From assembly GCA_043803385.1 (NCBI GenBank), contig JAZDKA010000049.1, positions 1 to 50,255 of the forward strand: a stretch of DNA of 50,255 bases. The letters are read 5' to 3'. Both the position numbers and the translations under genes were made by a program. Position 1 is the stretch's first letter. Every line of letters starts with the position of its first letter. Below are positions 50,020 to 50,255 of the stretch, one piece after another. The DNA comes from Patescibacteria group bacterium. GTDB lineage: Bacteria; Patescibacteriota; Minisyncoccia; Moranbacterales; JAKLHP01. The notes beneath the pieces are model-generated. The model saw only the letters and a list, made by a program, of their open reading frames with translations, ran no database searches and was not told the origin of the DNA.

Positions 50020-50255
50020 GGGATAAACTGTTGATATTGTATTGTTTTTTAAATTTTAGCCGTTGATAAATATTTTTAAATGTTGTTAATAACTAGTGGG
50101 TAATAATGAGGTTTTATTTTAATTTATCTTAAAAACAGATTATTTAATTTATTTCCCCTACCTTATCCACATCATAAATTATAATTTTTTACTTCATATA
50201 AAGTAAAAAATTATAATTTATGGGTTATATATAATAATAGTAATAAAATATTAAA
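50020..50255. other. oriC: Candidate oriC segment downstream of dnaA
   Basis: Perfect DnaA box TTATCCACA at 50163-50171. Degenerate boxes at about 50029-50037 and 50061-50069. 22-bp perfect inverted repeat at 50173-50194 / 50201-50222, followed by an extremely AT-rich tail. Confidence 0.55.

Overview
AT-rich bacterial chromosome segment that ends at dnaA and a probable oriC. All calls are made by eye from motifs, synteny and repeat alignment; no searches or folding were run. Gene content and style suggest a small-genome Patescibacteria/CPR-like organism (inference): compact housekeeping genes, few Shine-Dalgarno sites, many secreted hypothetical proteins, and tRNA genes that mostly lack an encoded CCA next to a cca gene. 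Housekeeping genes recognised: mpg, rubrerythrin and desulfoferrodoxin, ftsH, tilS, cmk-rpsA, gyrA, rpsO, cca, rluD-like, rplS, udg, nfo, nrnA-rbfA-infB and dnaA. There are 15 tRNA genes and one tRNA remnant. Accessory or unusual content: (1) A cassette of about 5 kb (14.0-19.0 kb), bounded by ~32-nt direct repeats. It carries an AbrB-type regulator, an MmeI-like fused restriction-methyltransferase, a TcmP-like protein and a three-Cys radical-SAM-like protein. (2) An integrative element at the 3' end of tRNA-Ala (29.3-32.6 kb). It has a large serine recombinase, a subtilisin-family cargo gene, three inverted-repeat families, recognisable attL, attR and attP-like junctions, and scattered fragments of a second recombinase copy. 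(3) Four parS centromere sites embedded in nested palindromes, all in frame inside one O-antigen-ligase-like ORF, with perfect DnaA boxes at the 3' end of the same ORF. (4) An intact tRNA-Val(CAC), a GIY-YIG gene and a disrupted tRNA-Val(CAC) in a row. (5) Several short repeat and palindrome families, some lying inside essential ORFs. (6) A dnaA-downstream region with a DnaA box and a 22-bp perfect inverted repeat.
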